A stretch of DNA of 64,000 bases from Lama glama (taxonomy: Eukaryota). A program made the position numbers and the translations under genes. This document shows positions 54,601-64,000 of this stretch, in pieces (position 1 is the stretch's first letter; each line of letters begins with the position of its first letter). Under the pieces are notes generated by a model that worked only from the letters and a program-made list of their open reading frames with translations, made no database searches and was not told the origin of the DNA. Where the stretch lies: assembly GCA_028534125.1 (NCBI GenBank), contig CM052816.1, forward strand, positions 55,802,001 to 55,866,000. Reading direction: 5' to 3'.

Positions 54601-57600
54601 CACTCCCAAATTCCTGTCCCACTGAATCTGTGAGATTATAAATATTTATTACTGTTTTGGCTACTGAATTTTGAGGTAACTTGTTTGTTAGTAACGGATA
54701 ACTAATACATAACGTAAATGCAGATTTTAAATAGGGGTAAAAAACTCACTGGGATAATTTATTTACTACCATTTTGTGAGAAGAGAGTTTTTTTTTTAAG
54801 TTAGAGGATATATAACATAAGTAGACTTCAGAATTCCTAATACCAAGCTATAGAGGAAATTGGTAAATGTGGATAGTTGGTGAAGCAGAGTATCCATTGT
54901 CTAAAACAGAGACTACCAGAGTAATGTATCCACTTCCTTGGGATCACCAACCCAGATTTCCAGAAAAATGAGGTGCTGGCCCCTGCCTTTTCCCTTCCTC
55001 CAGGCTCCTTTCTCACGCTCCTTGGTCCCGAGTTACTCTCATACTGCATGGTTAGTTATTTGACATAAAACCTCCAGAGATAAACAACACAGCTCTTTTG
55101 GCAACCGTTGTACAAAACTACTTTTCCTGAAAGAAAACAGTGCGCTGTTTGTTTTGCTGAACAAAACATGAAGATCTAGGCATAAGTTCTTTTATCTTCT
55201 TCTTGTATGTGGCTTGTATATGAATTAATAGATTTAATTAATTTACTATTACTTTCAGTCACCCTATCTAGCATTAAATTCCCACAATAAAGTCATTTGA
55301 AAAGCAGAATCATCAGGTTTCTGAGTATTAATAATTTTTAAATGATTTGGGTCATAATGTCCATGTGTGTTGTGGGACATTTTTCTCTCCTAGAATGCTT
55401 TCTTATAAAAGAAAAAATGTATATATCTTTAATTTTTAGGTGCATAAAATTTACAGATATTCGGATCCTTTTTCTCATTCCAGACATTACCTTGGAGATT
55501 TAGGCCTCTTCTAGTATTGTTATTTAAACCGTATTCTCCACATCCTCCTTGATCAACATTTATTCTTTTATTAAACAACACTTATTGAACATACACTCTA
55601 TGCCAGATACTGAGATAGGCACTGGGGATATAAAGATGATTTAGGTATGTATCTGTTTCAAAAGCTTAGAAGCAGCTTAAACATTCATCAACAGGGTACT
55701 GATTAAATAAATTATAGTACATTCATATAATACATTCAAAAGTAAACTATTACTCAGCTGCTAAGAAGAATGAGGAAGTTCAGTCCATACTAATATGAAA
55801 CAATATTCAAGGTCTGTTGTAGGATAGGGTGGGCGAGAAAGAAGCTAAGATACTGAGGAATGTATATAGTATATGACCACTTGTGTAGGAAAATATATAT
55901 ATACACATTCATGCATATTTACATATATTCCTACTGGACTAGACTAAATCTGGAAAAATTCAGAGGAAACTGATACCAGAACTGACTGAGGAAAAATAAT
56001 TAGATGGCTGGAGGACAAAGGTAGAGGAGGGGAACTTATTTTTCTGAGCCTTCTGTATTTTGAACTGTATTTATTAATTCCTTACTCAAAAATAATACAT
56101 TAACTTTAAAAGGAAAAAAGTCTGGCTTTTAAAAAACTTGGAGTACAGGAGAGATAGATAATATAAGAACTAAGTATACTACAGAGTATATTGGATGTAA
56201 AATATGTGCATAAAAGAAAGGAGAGGCCATTTTTTTCTTTAGGGCATCAGTGGGTGATGAAGTCAGAGAGAGATTTGTAGTGGAAGTTACTTGAGGAGTA
56301 GTAACAGATTTAGGATTTACCAGTTTCTCCCTAACACTGAGAAGTAACAGCAACACAGATTTATATAGAAGACATAACTATCTCCTGAAATCCGTTAAAA
56401 TTACATTTACTACTGCAGAACCCAGTCCTAATTCCTGGTGTATCTGCTAGTTCCATTTCACCAGCAGCTGAACCACTAGCATTTCTGCCTTTCCCTCTCT
56501 CCAACCTTCCCTCTCCTTCATTCCCTCTCTCCTTTTTCTTTTTTTGTGAGAGGAGGCATATGTATATCAACAAGTTATGTTTCAGTAGCAATTACATTAA
56601 TTATTTTTATTTGGCAGAGATACTACAGGTAAACCCAAACTCTGTATTGTTGAAAAAATTTTTTGATATTGGTTAGAGTTGTATGCTAGCACACATTTAT
56701 GATAATATACCTATTGTCTGGGCTCCCTCCCATGAACAATCTTCCTCTAGGTGGCAGAGTTACTTCTTTTGAATGGAGCAGATCCATTATGTAGAAATGA
56801 CAATGGAAAGTGTGCTTTGGATGAGGCCAAAGATTTATGTATGAAGCGTCTTCTTGAGAGATATGTTTCTAAACATAAAAGACATCTCACATCAGGTAAG
56901 ATTAAATTGCCTTGTCATATCTGTTCATCATGTCAGTGCAGAATTACAGAAGTTGAATTTAGAATTATAGAAATTGAATAGATTTTCCTCATAAGTTTTG
57001 AGAAAATCCATCCAGTGGTGTTCTTGCTCCATTCCTTTCATAGAGCACACTATTTGTTTGCAGATTCATCAAATGGAAAGACTCTAAAAGAACAAAGAAA
57101 GATAATATCAAATGTACTTTTCCCCCAGAATGTGCACTGCAGACAGTTAAGAAAACTTTTGTAAAGTTCTGTTTTTTCACCCCCATTATCCACTGACTGA
57201 ATAATGTAAATTATTGTAAATGAGGTGATGTAAATTATATTTGGCTGTATCCTTTTCCATGAATATGGCCAGGATTGCTTACTTCCATTCCTTAAGAATA
57301 TTTTCTTATGACTGCACTTTTGTCCTTTCATTCATTACACTGTTAAGTTGGACTATAAAAGAACTGGATCTAGAATGTGAAATGAATATGTATATGTATG
57401 ACTGAAACATTGTGCTGTCCACCAGAAATTGGTACAACATTGTAAACTGACTGTAGTTCAATTAAAAAAAAAACTCTTGAGAGGGAGAGTATAGCTCAAG
57501 TGGTAGAGCACATGCCTAGCATGCACAAAGTCCTGGATTCAATCCCAAGTACCTCCATTTAAAAAGACAAAAAACAAAAAAAGGAAACAAACAGAAAACC

Positions 57601-60600
57601 TTGATCTACAATTTCAAAAAGATTATTAAGAATTATTTATCTATTTACTTATTTTTATTGAAGTATAGTTGATTTATAATACTATTTTAGTTTCAGGTGT
57701 ACAACCTAGTGATTCAATATTTTCATATGTTATATACTCCACTTAAAGTTATTACAAAATAATGGCTTTATTTCCCTGTACAATATATAGTTGCTGCTTT
57801 TTATACATAGTAGTTTGTATCTCTTAATTCTATACTCCTGTTTTGCTGCTCCCCCTTCACTCTCCCCTCTGGTAAGCATTAGTGTGTTTTCTGTATCTGT
57901 GAGTCTGTTTCTATTTATACATTGTTTGTTATATACATTGGTTTGTTTTATTTTTTAGATTCCATATAAGTGATACCATAGAGTATTTGTCTTTCTTTGA
58001 CTTACTTCACCAAAAATAATACCTTCCAGGTCCATCCATGTTGTTGCAAATGGCAGAATTTCATTCTCTTTTATGGTTGAGTAATATTCCATTGTATATA
58101 CATTTATCACATCTTTATCCATCCATCTGCTGTGGACAGTTAGGTTGCTCCCATATCTTGGCTGTTGTAAATAATACTGCTATCTATGATCATTGGGGTG
58201 TGTGTATTTTTTTGAATTAGTGTTTTCATCTTCTTTGGATATATACCCAGCTGGATCATAAGGTAGTCTATTTTTTGTTTTTTTGAGGAACTTTCATACC
58301 ATTTTCCATAGTGGCCACACCAATATACATTCCTTAACAACAGTATGCGATGGTTCCCTTTTCTACAAATCCTCAACAACCTTTGTTATTTGTAGACTTT
58401 TTGGTAATAGCCATTTTGACAGGTGTGAGGTGATATCTCATTGTGCTTTTTTTTTAAATTGAAGTATAGTCAGTTTAGAATGTTGTGTCAATTTCTGGTG
58501 TACTGCATAATGTTTCAATCATACATATACATACATATATTCATTTTCATATTCTTTTTCACCATAAGTTACTACAAGGTATTGAATATAGTTCCCTGTG
58601 CTATACAGTATAAATTTGTTGTTTATCTATATTATATATATTAGTTAATATCTGAAAATCTTGAACTCCCCATTTATCCCTTCTCACCTCCTTCTCCCCC
58701 AACCCCTAGTAACCATAAGTTTGTTTTCTGTGTCTGTGAGTCTGTTTCTGTTTTGTAAATAAGCTTGTTTCTATTTTTTTTAGATTCCACATATAAATGT
58801 GGATAGGGTATTCTTCTTTCTCTTTCTGGCTTACTTCACTTAAAATAACAATCTCCAGGTCCATCCATGTTGCTGCAAATGGCATTATTTTATTATTTTT
58901 TATGGCTGAGTAGTATTCTGTTTTATAAATATACCACAGCTTCTTTATCCAGTTGATGGACATTTAGGTTATTTCCATGACTTGGCTATTGTAAATGGTG
59001 CTGCTCTGAACATTGGGGGTGCAGGTATCCTTTTGAATTAAGGTTCCCTCTGGTTATATGCCCAGGAGTGGGATTGCTGGATCATATGGTAAGTCTATTA
59101 TTAGTTTTTGAGGAATCTCCATACTGTTTTCCATAACAGCTGCACCAAACTACATTCCCACCAGCAGCATAGGAGGGTTCCCTTTTTTCCACCATCTCTC
59201 CAGCATTTATCATTTATGGAGTTTTCACTGATGGCCATTCTGACTAGTGTTTGGTGATAACTCATTGTAGTTTTGATTTGCATTTCTCTGATAATTAGCA
59301 ATAGTGAGCATTTTTTCATGTGCCTATTGGCAATTTGTATGTCTTCACTGGAGAATTGTTTAGATCTTCTGCTCAGTTTTAGATTGGGTTGTTTGTTTTT
59401 TTCTTATTAAGTTGTATGAGCTGTTTATATATTCTGGAAATTAAGCCCTCATCAGTCTCATCTTTCGCAAATATTTTCTCCCATTCTGTAGGTTGTCTTT
59501 TTGTTTTGCTTATGGTTTCCTTTGCTGTGCAAAACTTGTAAGTTTGATTAGGTCTCATTGTGGTTTTGATCTGCATTTCTCTGAGGATTATCAGTGTTGA
59601 GCATCTTTTCATGTGCATATTGGTCATCTGTGTATCTTCTTTGGAAAAATGTCTGTTCAGATCTTTTGCCCAGTTTTTGATTGAGTTGTTTATTTTTTTG
59701 ATATTGAGTTTTATGAGCTGTTTATATGTTTTGGATGTTAACACCTTATAGGTCATATCATTTGCAAATGTTTTGTCCCATTCAGTAGTTTGTCTTTTTG
59801 TTTTGTTTATGGTTTCCTCTGCTGTGGAAAAGCTTTTCCCATTTATTTATTTTTGCTTTTGTTTCCTTTACCTAAGGAGACAGATCCAAAACAATATTGC
59901 TATAATATGTCAAAGAGTGTTCTACCTATGTTTTTCTTCTAGGAGTTTTATGCTTTCCAGTCTTACATTTGCATCTTTATTCCATTTTGAGTTTATTTTT
60001 GTATATGGTGTGAGAAAATGTTTTAATTTCATCCTTTTACATGTAGCTGTCCATTTTACCACTTATTGAAGCTGCTGTATATTGAAGAGAATGTCTCTTC
60101 TTCACTGTTTATTCTTGCCTCCTTTGTCATAGATTAATTGACAGTAGGTGCATGGATTTATTTCTGAACTCTATTCTGTTCCATTGATCTGTGTGTCTAT
60201 TTTTGTGCCATTACCATGCTGTTTTGATTGCTGTAGTTTTGAAATAGAGTCTGAAGTCTGGGAGCATGAGACCTCCAGTTTTTCCTCAAGTTTGCTTTGG
60301 CAATTCAGGGTCTTTTGTGGTTCCATATACATTTTAGGATTATTTGTTCTAGTTCTGTGGAAAATGTTGTGGATATTTTGATAGGGATTACATTAAATCC
60401 TTAGAGTGCTTTCGGTGGTATGATCATTTTAATAGTATTAATTCTTCTAATCTAAGAATATAAGATATCTTTCCTTTTCTTTGTATCATCTTCAGTTTGC
60501 TTCATAAATATTTTATAGTTTTCATGTTTTTCACCTCCTTGATTAAATTTATTCCTAAGTATTTTATTCTTTTTGGTAAGGTTGTGAATGTAAATAGAAT

Positions 60601-63590
60601 TTTTTTTTTGCTTTCATTTTCTAGTAGTTCATTATTAATGTATAGAAAAGCAACAGATTTCTGTATATTAATCTTGTGTCCTGTAACTTTATTAAGACAG
60701 ACATATTAGGAAATTATGATAATACAATTAATTATGAAATAATTTTTTGCCTTATAAAAGCTTGCACATAGTAGCATATCTGAGTATAAACTGTGGGGAA
60801 TACAACAATACTGAGTTCAGTGCCCATCTTTAGCATTATTTTATTGAGTCTGTTTTGCTTTTCTTACAGTAATGTTTTCAGCTCTCTAAAGATAGCATTT
60901 GGTTTCTAATAAATATGTAAATTATAAATTATAGGAATGTTATATGTGCCAATTTTAAGAGAAAGTGTTTGCATAATTTCACTTTTTCCACTTGGTTTTC
61001 TCATGACAAAGGACTTGGGGTTTTAGAATTCTAGAGTCTGACCAGTGGAGGCTGTTTCCTTTGATTTTCTCTTTTTGTTTACAGCTCAAAAGAATAGCAC
61101 TGACCCTTCAGACAGAGAGGATGCACACCAGCACAAGGTATATCTCTGTTTAGCAATAAACATTTTTGTAAAATGCACTTGCTGGTGATGTTATAGATCA
61201 TCAGAGGGGAAAGGAAGACTACTGAAGCATTCACCAGGAATAGTGGCTTCACCTTTGATTAAGACACTTTGGAATAACTACATGAGAACCAGAAGGTTCT
61301 GGGCTGTTAGTTTGGGAAGCAGTTGAGTAAATGTAACGTATCTGGACACACTAATGTATTGGTAGCCATTTCCTTCCTCCTCTGCATGGAGCCATGAGGT
61401 TTATCAACCATGTCGAATTTCCTCTGGCCTAAGCACAGTATAAGAGTCAAAGGTGTTGATCCATCGCTTCAGACTTTACATGTGGGCATTTACTCTTCAT
61501 CCGATGCTTGGGTTGTGATATGTGAGAGAAAGCAATGTTCCTATTTTAATCTTAGCGGCAACTTGGTTGCACATCGTCTTTTTTTTTTAAATCCCTTCTT
61601 CTGCTGCCCAACCTGTGGTCTCTCACAGATAGCAGAGGAATAAACTCTTAATTCTAGCTCTATCTATGTAACAAATGAGAGGGGAGAGTGTTTCTAAAGC
61701 ACTCTTGTAAAGTTTCCTTTAAAAGGAAAACTTTTATCTGATTATTTTAAAAGCCTATAAAAATTAAGTAGATTAAATTTTTTATTGTGAAAATAAGATT
61801 GTTAGTGCTAAAATATTGGCAAAAAATTAAAATGTACAGCAGCAAATAAAGATTAGTAAACATACTGAATCTGAGTCTATTACATTTACCTTTCTTCTGT
61901 TAGTCTACTTTTCTGAAATATATATCAAGTTATATATATCCCAGCAGACCCTGTTGTTAGATCAAGTTGTAAATTGAATGGAATAATAGTTTGCTTTATC
62001 AACAATCCAGAATGAATTGAGTGTAGAACTACATGTGAAAACTAATGCTATGTATTTTGTTTCTATAGAAACCAAAATTCAGTTCTAAAAATCACAGTGG
62101 GTTTGCTTGTGATGAAAATTCCAACAGACAGAAGCCAGAACATGCAAAAGTCAATAAAGAAGGCAAAGACAGTTTATTTATAAATAAAGAAGCTGTATAT
62201 GAATATTACCAAAAAGATTCCCAAAGCAGGAAATTTGGTAAATCCAAGTATAAGCAGTCAGCTCTTAACCAGAAATACTCTACAGGACTCAGAAAGGACA
62301 ATCTCCATAATGTCAGGAATCCCAGCACAAATGTGTCTAAAGGTAAAGGAAGAAGATATACACGACATAAAAGGATTCAAGTGGATCATATAATCCAAGA
62401 AAGCAATCCAAGAAAGACAATAGCTGTCTCTTCTTCCAGAAGAACAAACAAGTTGGTTCCTCATCAGCAGCAGATTCTCCAAACCCTTGATCACCTTCCA
62501 GAAAAGTCATGTAAACCTTCTAGCTCAGCTCCGTCAGGCTTGAAAATTGGTTTAGGTAATAATATGGAGACTTGTTCAGTTTCCAAAGAGACACATACTC
62601 AGAGCCTGGATTTATCAGAACATCAAGAAATAAAATTTCTGGGATTAGAATCCATTGACCAAGTTGAAGCTGTTTCTTTCTCAGGACTTTTTTTGAATAA
62701 AATGACCAAGTTACCACCTGTTACTGCAGATCAGCAGCCTCAGACTCACCAAGACCAGCAGCACACTAGCCCTTGTAAATCTTATGAAAACAGTAACTCA
62801 GATCAAAAAGATGAGAGCCATAATAAGTGGGAAAATTCTTCTCCATCCTTTATAAAGGAAAACTTTAATGATGGTGATGATGATACTGGTTCCCGTGCCT
62901 CTGGAGAGACTGTAAAATCTAAAAAGGTGGTAAGTTTTTCAGGTTACAAAAACCAGGATAATTATAAAGAGAATATAACAAATAGGGAAGAAATGGATTT
63001 TCAACAGTTTTTACCTTCTGAAGACCAATTTTCACAAGGAAATGCATTCAAAGCAGACAACTTAACCATACTTCCACAACAGGAAGCTATTAATTTTTCA
63101 AATTCCGGTAATGTAATGGTTTCTGAACACGTTCCAGATTATGAACAATGTGCATGCAGAACTTCTTTTGATCATTTACATGGCAGTCCTGAGCATGCTT
63201 CCTCGGCTTGTACGAGAGCACACTCAATACATGAAGTTTCAAAGTTGACTAGTCATGCGGAGCTATTCGAGAGGCCACAGGATTGTAGCTACAGAACATC
63301 AGCTCCTTTAATGAATCAGACAGATGCACACACTGTGGAAAAGGTGAATAAGAAAGGAGATGCTGAAAGGAATTACACTGACAAAGGCCAAAAAACAAGT
63401 TCTTCAAATAGCTCTTTATCCACAGTTGTTCATTCTCAAGTAATAGAAACAACTAAAGTTGAAAAAAGGAGACAAGGGAACAAAACCATACATAATATGG
63501 ATTTTCATTCCACTGACAATATCAGTAAAGAATTGACCAGCATCTCACAACTTAGTCAAAGAGAAGAGAAGGAGATTTCTCACAAAGCAG
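6334..63590 (+). CDS. ANKRD31: Ankyrin repeat domain-containing protein 31, coding exons 1-14 (5' part; gene continues beyond the window)
   Basis: Spliced translation [38 protein letters not shown]...[20 protein letters not shown]...GWTALHEAS...[12 protein letters not shown]...KPKFSSK matches recalled mammalian ANKRD31. All 14 exons have GT-AG boundaries and consistent phases (3400 nt with short exon 7). Confidence 0.96.
6885..7790 (-). mobile_element. L2 fragment interrupted by a MER5A-like hAT element (about 7415-7595)
   Basis: Purine-rich antisense L2 pattern; MER5A-like ggggtcc...ttctgcatttctaacaagc. Confidence 0.6.
7990..9710 (-). mobile_element. Ancient L1 5'/ORF1 region, degenerate
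   Basis: T-rich antisense L1 ORF1-like sequence (ctttcaccaaacttgag..., ttcagtgaattttaaatttcagatatt). Confidence 0.55.
11600..12207 (-). mobile_element. L1MA-type 3' fragment
   Basis: Translates [21 protein letters not shown] on the minus strand; 3'UTR motifs. Confidence 0.85.
14498..14749. mobile_element. MLT1A-like ERVL-MaLR solo LTR (partial)
   Basis: aaataccacagactgggtggtttaa...ttctcacagttctggaggctgg...caaggtg, typical of MLT1. Confidence 0.8.
15019..15092 (+). CDS. ANKRD31: ANKRD31 exon 2 ([24 protein letters not shown])
   Basis: Poly-T tract then acceptor aaag|; donor AAG|GTGAGA; 74 nt, phase 2 to 1. Confidence 0.9.
15726..16010. mobile_element. Tigger2/MER8-family MITE
   Basis: Terminal inverted repeats cagttgtccct.../...ggtcaactg, flanked by TA on both sides. 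Confidence 0.85.
16436..16568 (-). mobile_element. tRNA-derived SINE (Vic-1-like)
   Basis: Reverse complement of the same SINE: ...gggattgaaaccag...ctctaccacttgagctataccctcccc. Confidence 0.88.
17524..17774 (-). mobile_element. Young lineage-specific L1 3' end
   Basis: Poly-T tail plus 3'UTR; perfect 14-bp TSD aaaataccattttt at 17510-17523 and 17775-17788. Confidence 0.9.
18749..18858 (+). CDS. ANKRD31: ANKRD31 exon 3 ([37 protein letters not shown])
   Basis: Acceptor ttccttctag|; donor CAG|GTGTGT; 110 nt, phase 1 to 0. Confidence 0.9.
19670..20085 (-). mobile_element. L1 3'UTR fragment
   Basis: Same 3'UTR family as the copies at 45055 and 58451. Confidence 0.85.
20086..20963 (+). mobile_element. 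L1MB-like 3' fragment
   Basis: Sense ORF2 C-terminal and 3'UTR motifs ending tatattttaccacaataaaaaa. Confidence 0.85.
21067..21107 (+). CDS. ANKRD31: ANKRD31 exon 4 ([14 protein letters not shown])
   Basis: Acceptor ttttctttctag|; donor CA|GTAAGT; 41 nt, phase 0 to 2. Confidence 0.88.
21415..22761. mobile_element. Charlie1a-like hAT DNA transposon
   Basis: TIRs caatggttttcaaa / tttgagaaccacta; about 1.35 kb; imperfect 8-bp TA-centred TSD. Confidence 0.8.
23152..27119. mobile_element. Rearranged L1: 5'UTR-ORF1-ORF2 endonuclease on + (23966-27119) and the following RT part on - (23152-23965)
   Basis: + piece ends in [14 protein letters not shown]; - piece begins [22 protein letters not shown] and continues to [21 protein letters not shown]; frames are decayed. 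Confidence 0.9.
28151..28227 (+). CDS. ANKRD31: ANKRD31 exon 5 ([25 protein letters not shown])
   Basis: Acceptor ttgtttag|; donor GAG|GTATGC; 77 nt, phase 2 to 1. Confidence 0.88.
28489..28636 (-). mobile_element. tRNA-derived SINE (Vic-1-like)
   Basis: Same consensus; 17-bp TSD ctg(c/t)ttatag(c/t)attctt at 28472-28488 and 28637-28653. Confidence 0.9.
29912..29955 (+). CDS. ANKRD31: ANKRD31 exon 6 ([15 protein letters not shown])
   Basis: Acceptor tcttccag|; donor AAG|GTTGGT; 44 nt, phase 1 to 0. Confidence 0.88.
32423..32980 (+). CDS. ANKRD31: ANKRD31 exon 7 ([16 protein letters not shown]...DEDCTQVAE); alternative in-frame end at 33070
   Basis: Acceptor atatacag|; open frame matches ORF 32579..33139; donors GAG|GTGAAT (32981) and CAA|GTAAGT (33071), both phase 0. 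Confidence 0.88.
33163..33319 (+). mobile_element. tRNA-derived SINE (Vic-1-like), internally deleted
   Basis: A and B boxes with the anticodon region missing; TSD aaat(g/t)caaaccttct at 33148-33162 and 33320-33334. Confidence 0.85.
33816..33882 (+). mobile_element. 67-bp tailless L1 3'UTR fragment
   Basis: Reverse complement of about 17697-17765; perfect 13-bp TSD taaaaataatctt. Confidence 0.85.
35307..35578 (+). CDS. ANKRD31: ANKRD31 exon 8 ([17 protein letters not shown]...SSTENFR)
   Basis: Acceptor ttacag|; donor CAG|GTATGC; 272 nt, phase 0 to 2. Confidence 0.92.
35783..37215 (-). mobile_element. L1MA-type fragment
   Basis: Continuous antisense L1 3'UTR and ORF2 motifs. Confidence 0.88.
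37620..37729 (+). CDS. ANKRD31: ANKRD31 exon 9 ([36 protein letters not shown])
   Basis: Acceptor tttttcaag|; donor ATG|GTAAGG; 110 nt, phase 2 to 1; lysine/arginine-rich. Confidence 0.88.
37778..37940. mobile_element. MIR SINE
   Basis: MIR core ctcatttactgatgaggaagttcagagaggttaag...cacagct. Confidence 0.7.
39120..41840 (+). mobile_element. Old L1 ORF2 (endonuclease to RT), degenerate
   Basis: Translates [16 protein letters not shown]...HKVSINKF; later RT motifs (ggatttatcccagggatg, atagatgcaga). Confidence 0.8.
40211..40496. mobile_element. MLT1-type solo LTR nested in L1
   Basis: tatattagtctgctagggct...ttcagtctgtaaca; 5-bp TSD (c/t)cttc. Confidence 0.8.
43577..43727 (-). mobile_element. 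tRNA-derived SINE (Vic-1-like), about 75 nt upstream of exon 10
   Basis: gtactggggattgaacccagg...ctaccactgagctatacccacccc with T-rich tail. Confidence 0.85.
43802..43957 (+). CDS. ANKRD31: ANKRD31 exon 10 (ankyrin repeat 1: [40 protein letters not shown])
   Basis: Acceptor ctcatttcag|; donor CTG|GTAGGT; 156 nt, phase 1 to 1; ankyrin-like pattern. Confidence 0.93.
44985..48048 (-). mobile_element. Composite L1 (two joined copies), 3'UTR to RT
   Basis: Several L1 ORF2 ORFs on - (45458, 46030, 47198, 47571); region repeated across the 46410 junction; (TA)n/(TG)n at the tail. Confidence 0.9.
48085..49480 (-). mobile_element. Ancient L1 ORF2 5' region
   Basis: Antisense endonuclease-region motifs (ttccattgtggtca..., ccatgtgcatttgaa). 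Confidence 0.65.
48757..48937 (+). mobile_element. tRNA-derived SINE (Vic-1-like) inserted in an old L1
   Basis: SINE consensus with long A-rich tail; perfect 16-bp TSD aagaaatatccctctt at 48733-48748 and 48938-48953. Confidence 0.9.
49582..49788. mobile_element. MER20 (hAT-Charlie MITE)
   Basis: ggggacattt...gctggcatctggtggattaaggccagg...gcccaaaatgt...ttgagaaa. Confidence 0.75.
50055..50264. mobile_element. Tigger2a/MER8-family MITE
   Basis: TIRs cagttgactcttgaacaaca / tgttgttcaagggtcaa, TA flanks. Confidence 0.85.
50655..50842 (+). mobile_element. L1 3' end fragment
   Basis: gtcctactgtatagcccagggaactatattcaatacc...cttcaattaaaaaaaa. Confidence 0.85.
50986..51128 (+). CDS. ANKRD31: ANKRD31 exon 11 (ankyrin repeats 2-3: [48 protein letters not shown])
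   Basis: Acceptor ataatag|; donor AAG|GTACTG; 143 nt, phase 1 to 0; canonical GxTALHxA...LLxxGADVN motif. Confidence 0.95.
51147..51358 (+). mobile_element. Young L1 3' end in sense orientation just after exon 11
   Basis: Same family as 17524-17774; AATAAA at 51337-51342 then an A-tail. Confidence 0.85.
51680..52430 (+). mobile_element. L3/CR1 RT remnant, interrupted by an L1 fragment (about 51825-52070)
   Basis: CR1-like motifs gaattacaga...ctggaacaaattatt...aagtcat..agactaacct (recalled consensus). Confidence 0.5.
52847..53178 (-). mobile_element. L1 3'UTR fragment nested in an older L1
   Basis: TSD ttaagtat(t/g)ttttaa at 52832-52846 and 53179-53193. Confidence 0.85.
53976..54075. other. 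Assembly gap (100 N)
   Basis: Run of exactly 100 N, typical of a gap of unknown size. Confidence 0.99.
54167..54708. mobile_element. MLT1E/F-like solo LTR
   Basis: ctcctcccttcaaaaagtggagcc...gccatgtgagtgagccat...gataactaataca. Confidence 0.8.
56751..56895 (+). CDS. ANKRD31: ANKRD31 exon 12 ([48 protein letters not shown])
   Basis: Acceptor cttcctctag|; donor CAG|GTAAGA; 145 nt, phase 0 to 1; completes the ankyrin cluster. Confidence 0.95.
57481..57594 (+). mobile_element. tRNA-derived SINE (Vic-1-like)
   Basis: tatagctcaagtggtagagc...ggattcaatccc...A-rich tail; follows the tail of a short L1 3' fragment (about 57373-57473). Confidence 0.85.
57640..60695 (-). mobile_element. Older L1 with a younger L1 nested at 58451-59552
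   Basis: Nested copy bounded by 15-bp TSD tctcattgtg(c/g)tttt at 58436-58450 and 59553-59567. Confidence 0.9.
61085..61137 (+). CDS. ANKRD31: ANKRD31 exon 13 ([18 protein letters not shown])
   Basis: Acceptor tttgtttacag|; donor AAG|GTATAT; 53 nt, phase 1 to 0. Confidence 0.88.
62069..63590 (+). CDS. ANKRD31: ANKRD31 exon 14, large 1522-nt exon (KPKFSSKNH...EEKEISHKA)
   Basis: Acceptor ttctatag|; continuous frame containing the 441-aa ORF 62333..63658; donor CAG|GTAGTA, phase 1. Confidence 0.92.
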
Positions 63591-64000
63591 GTAGTAGTAT
63601 TGCTCAGTTTGTACACATGTGCTGTAGATTTACTTATTTTATAGAAATTTCCAGCTGAATTTCACTCAACCCATGCCCAAACTGGTAAGAATGAGGACAT
63701 GTGGGCCGTAACTTGGAGATACTATTAATTAGTTAAGTAATAGTGTTTACTTTGAAAGTAAAGCCATTATCATCAAAGATGGTGCTAAATTGATATTGAC
63801 AGAAGTTAATAAATAGTATTTCTGTCAATTTTTATATTTCTTTTTAGTGTAGCTCTTATTTAGCATCAAGAAGCCTAAAATCATTTTCATTGCAGGAAAT
63901 TGTTAGCTCCATTGATTTCAATGATTCACTGTTGAAATTGCAACCAGCAAACTATATTGTATGAAAACTTTTTTCTTTCTTTTTTTGGGGGAGGAAGTAT

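Noticed and set aside
1..64000. CRISPR arrays, operons or other novel systems
   Set aside because: Eukaryotic intron-rich DNA with no regularly spaced repeat-spacer arrays; nearly all structure is explained by ANKRD31 and known repeat classes.

Overview
Mammalian genomic DNA, most likely a camelid (alpaca, llama or camel), inferred from seven copies of a Vic-1-like tRNA-derived SINE. The window holds the CpG-island promoter and the first 14 coding exons of ANKRD31 on the + strand. ANKRD31 is a meiotic DSB scaffold and REC114 partner. The ATG is at 6334 and the gene continues past the window end. All 14 exons have GT-AG boundaries with compatible phases, giving an unbroken frame of about 1133 codons (1163 with the longer exon 7) that includes the first ankyrin-repeat cluster. 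The rest is mostly transposon-derived: L1 of many ages, L2, L3/CR1, MIR, MLT1 LTRs, Charlie1a, MER5A, MER20 and Tigger2/MER8. There is also a 100-N assembly gap. I found no convincing new biological system. The most worthwhile observations are: (1) candidate intronic polyadenylation after the large exon 14 and after exon 11; (2) in-frame alternative splice donors in exons 2 and 7; (3) a TPLH-to-TPLQ ankyrin motif change; (4) a 5'-inverted, 3'-truncated L1; (5) a tailless 67-bp L1 insertion with a perfect TSD. Gene and repeat-family calls rest on recalled sequences, not database searches.
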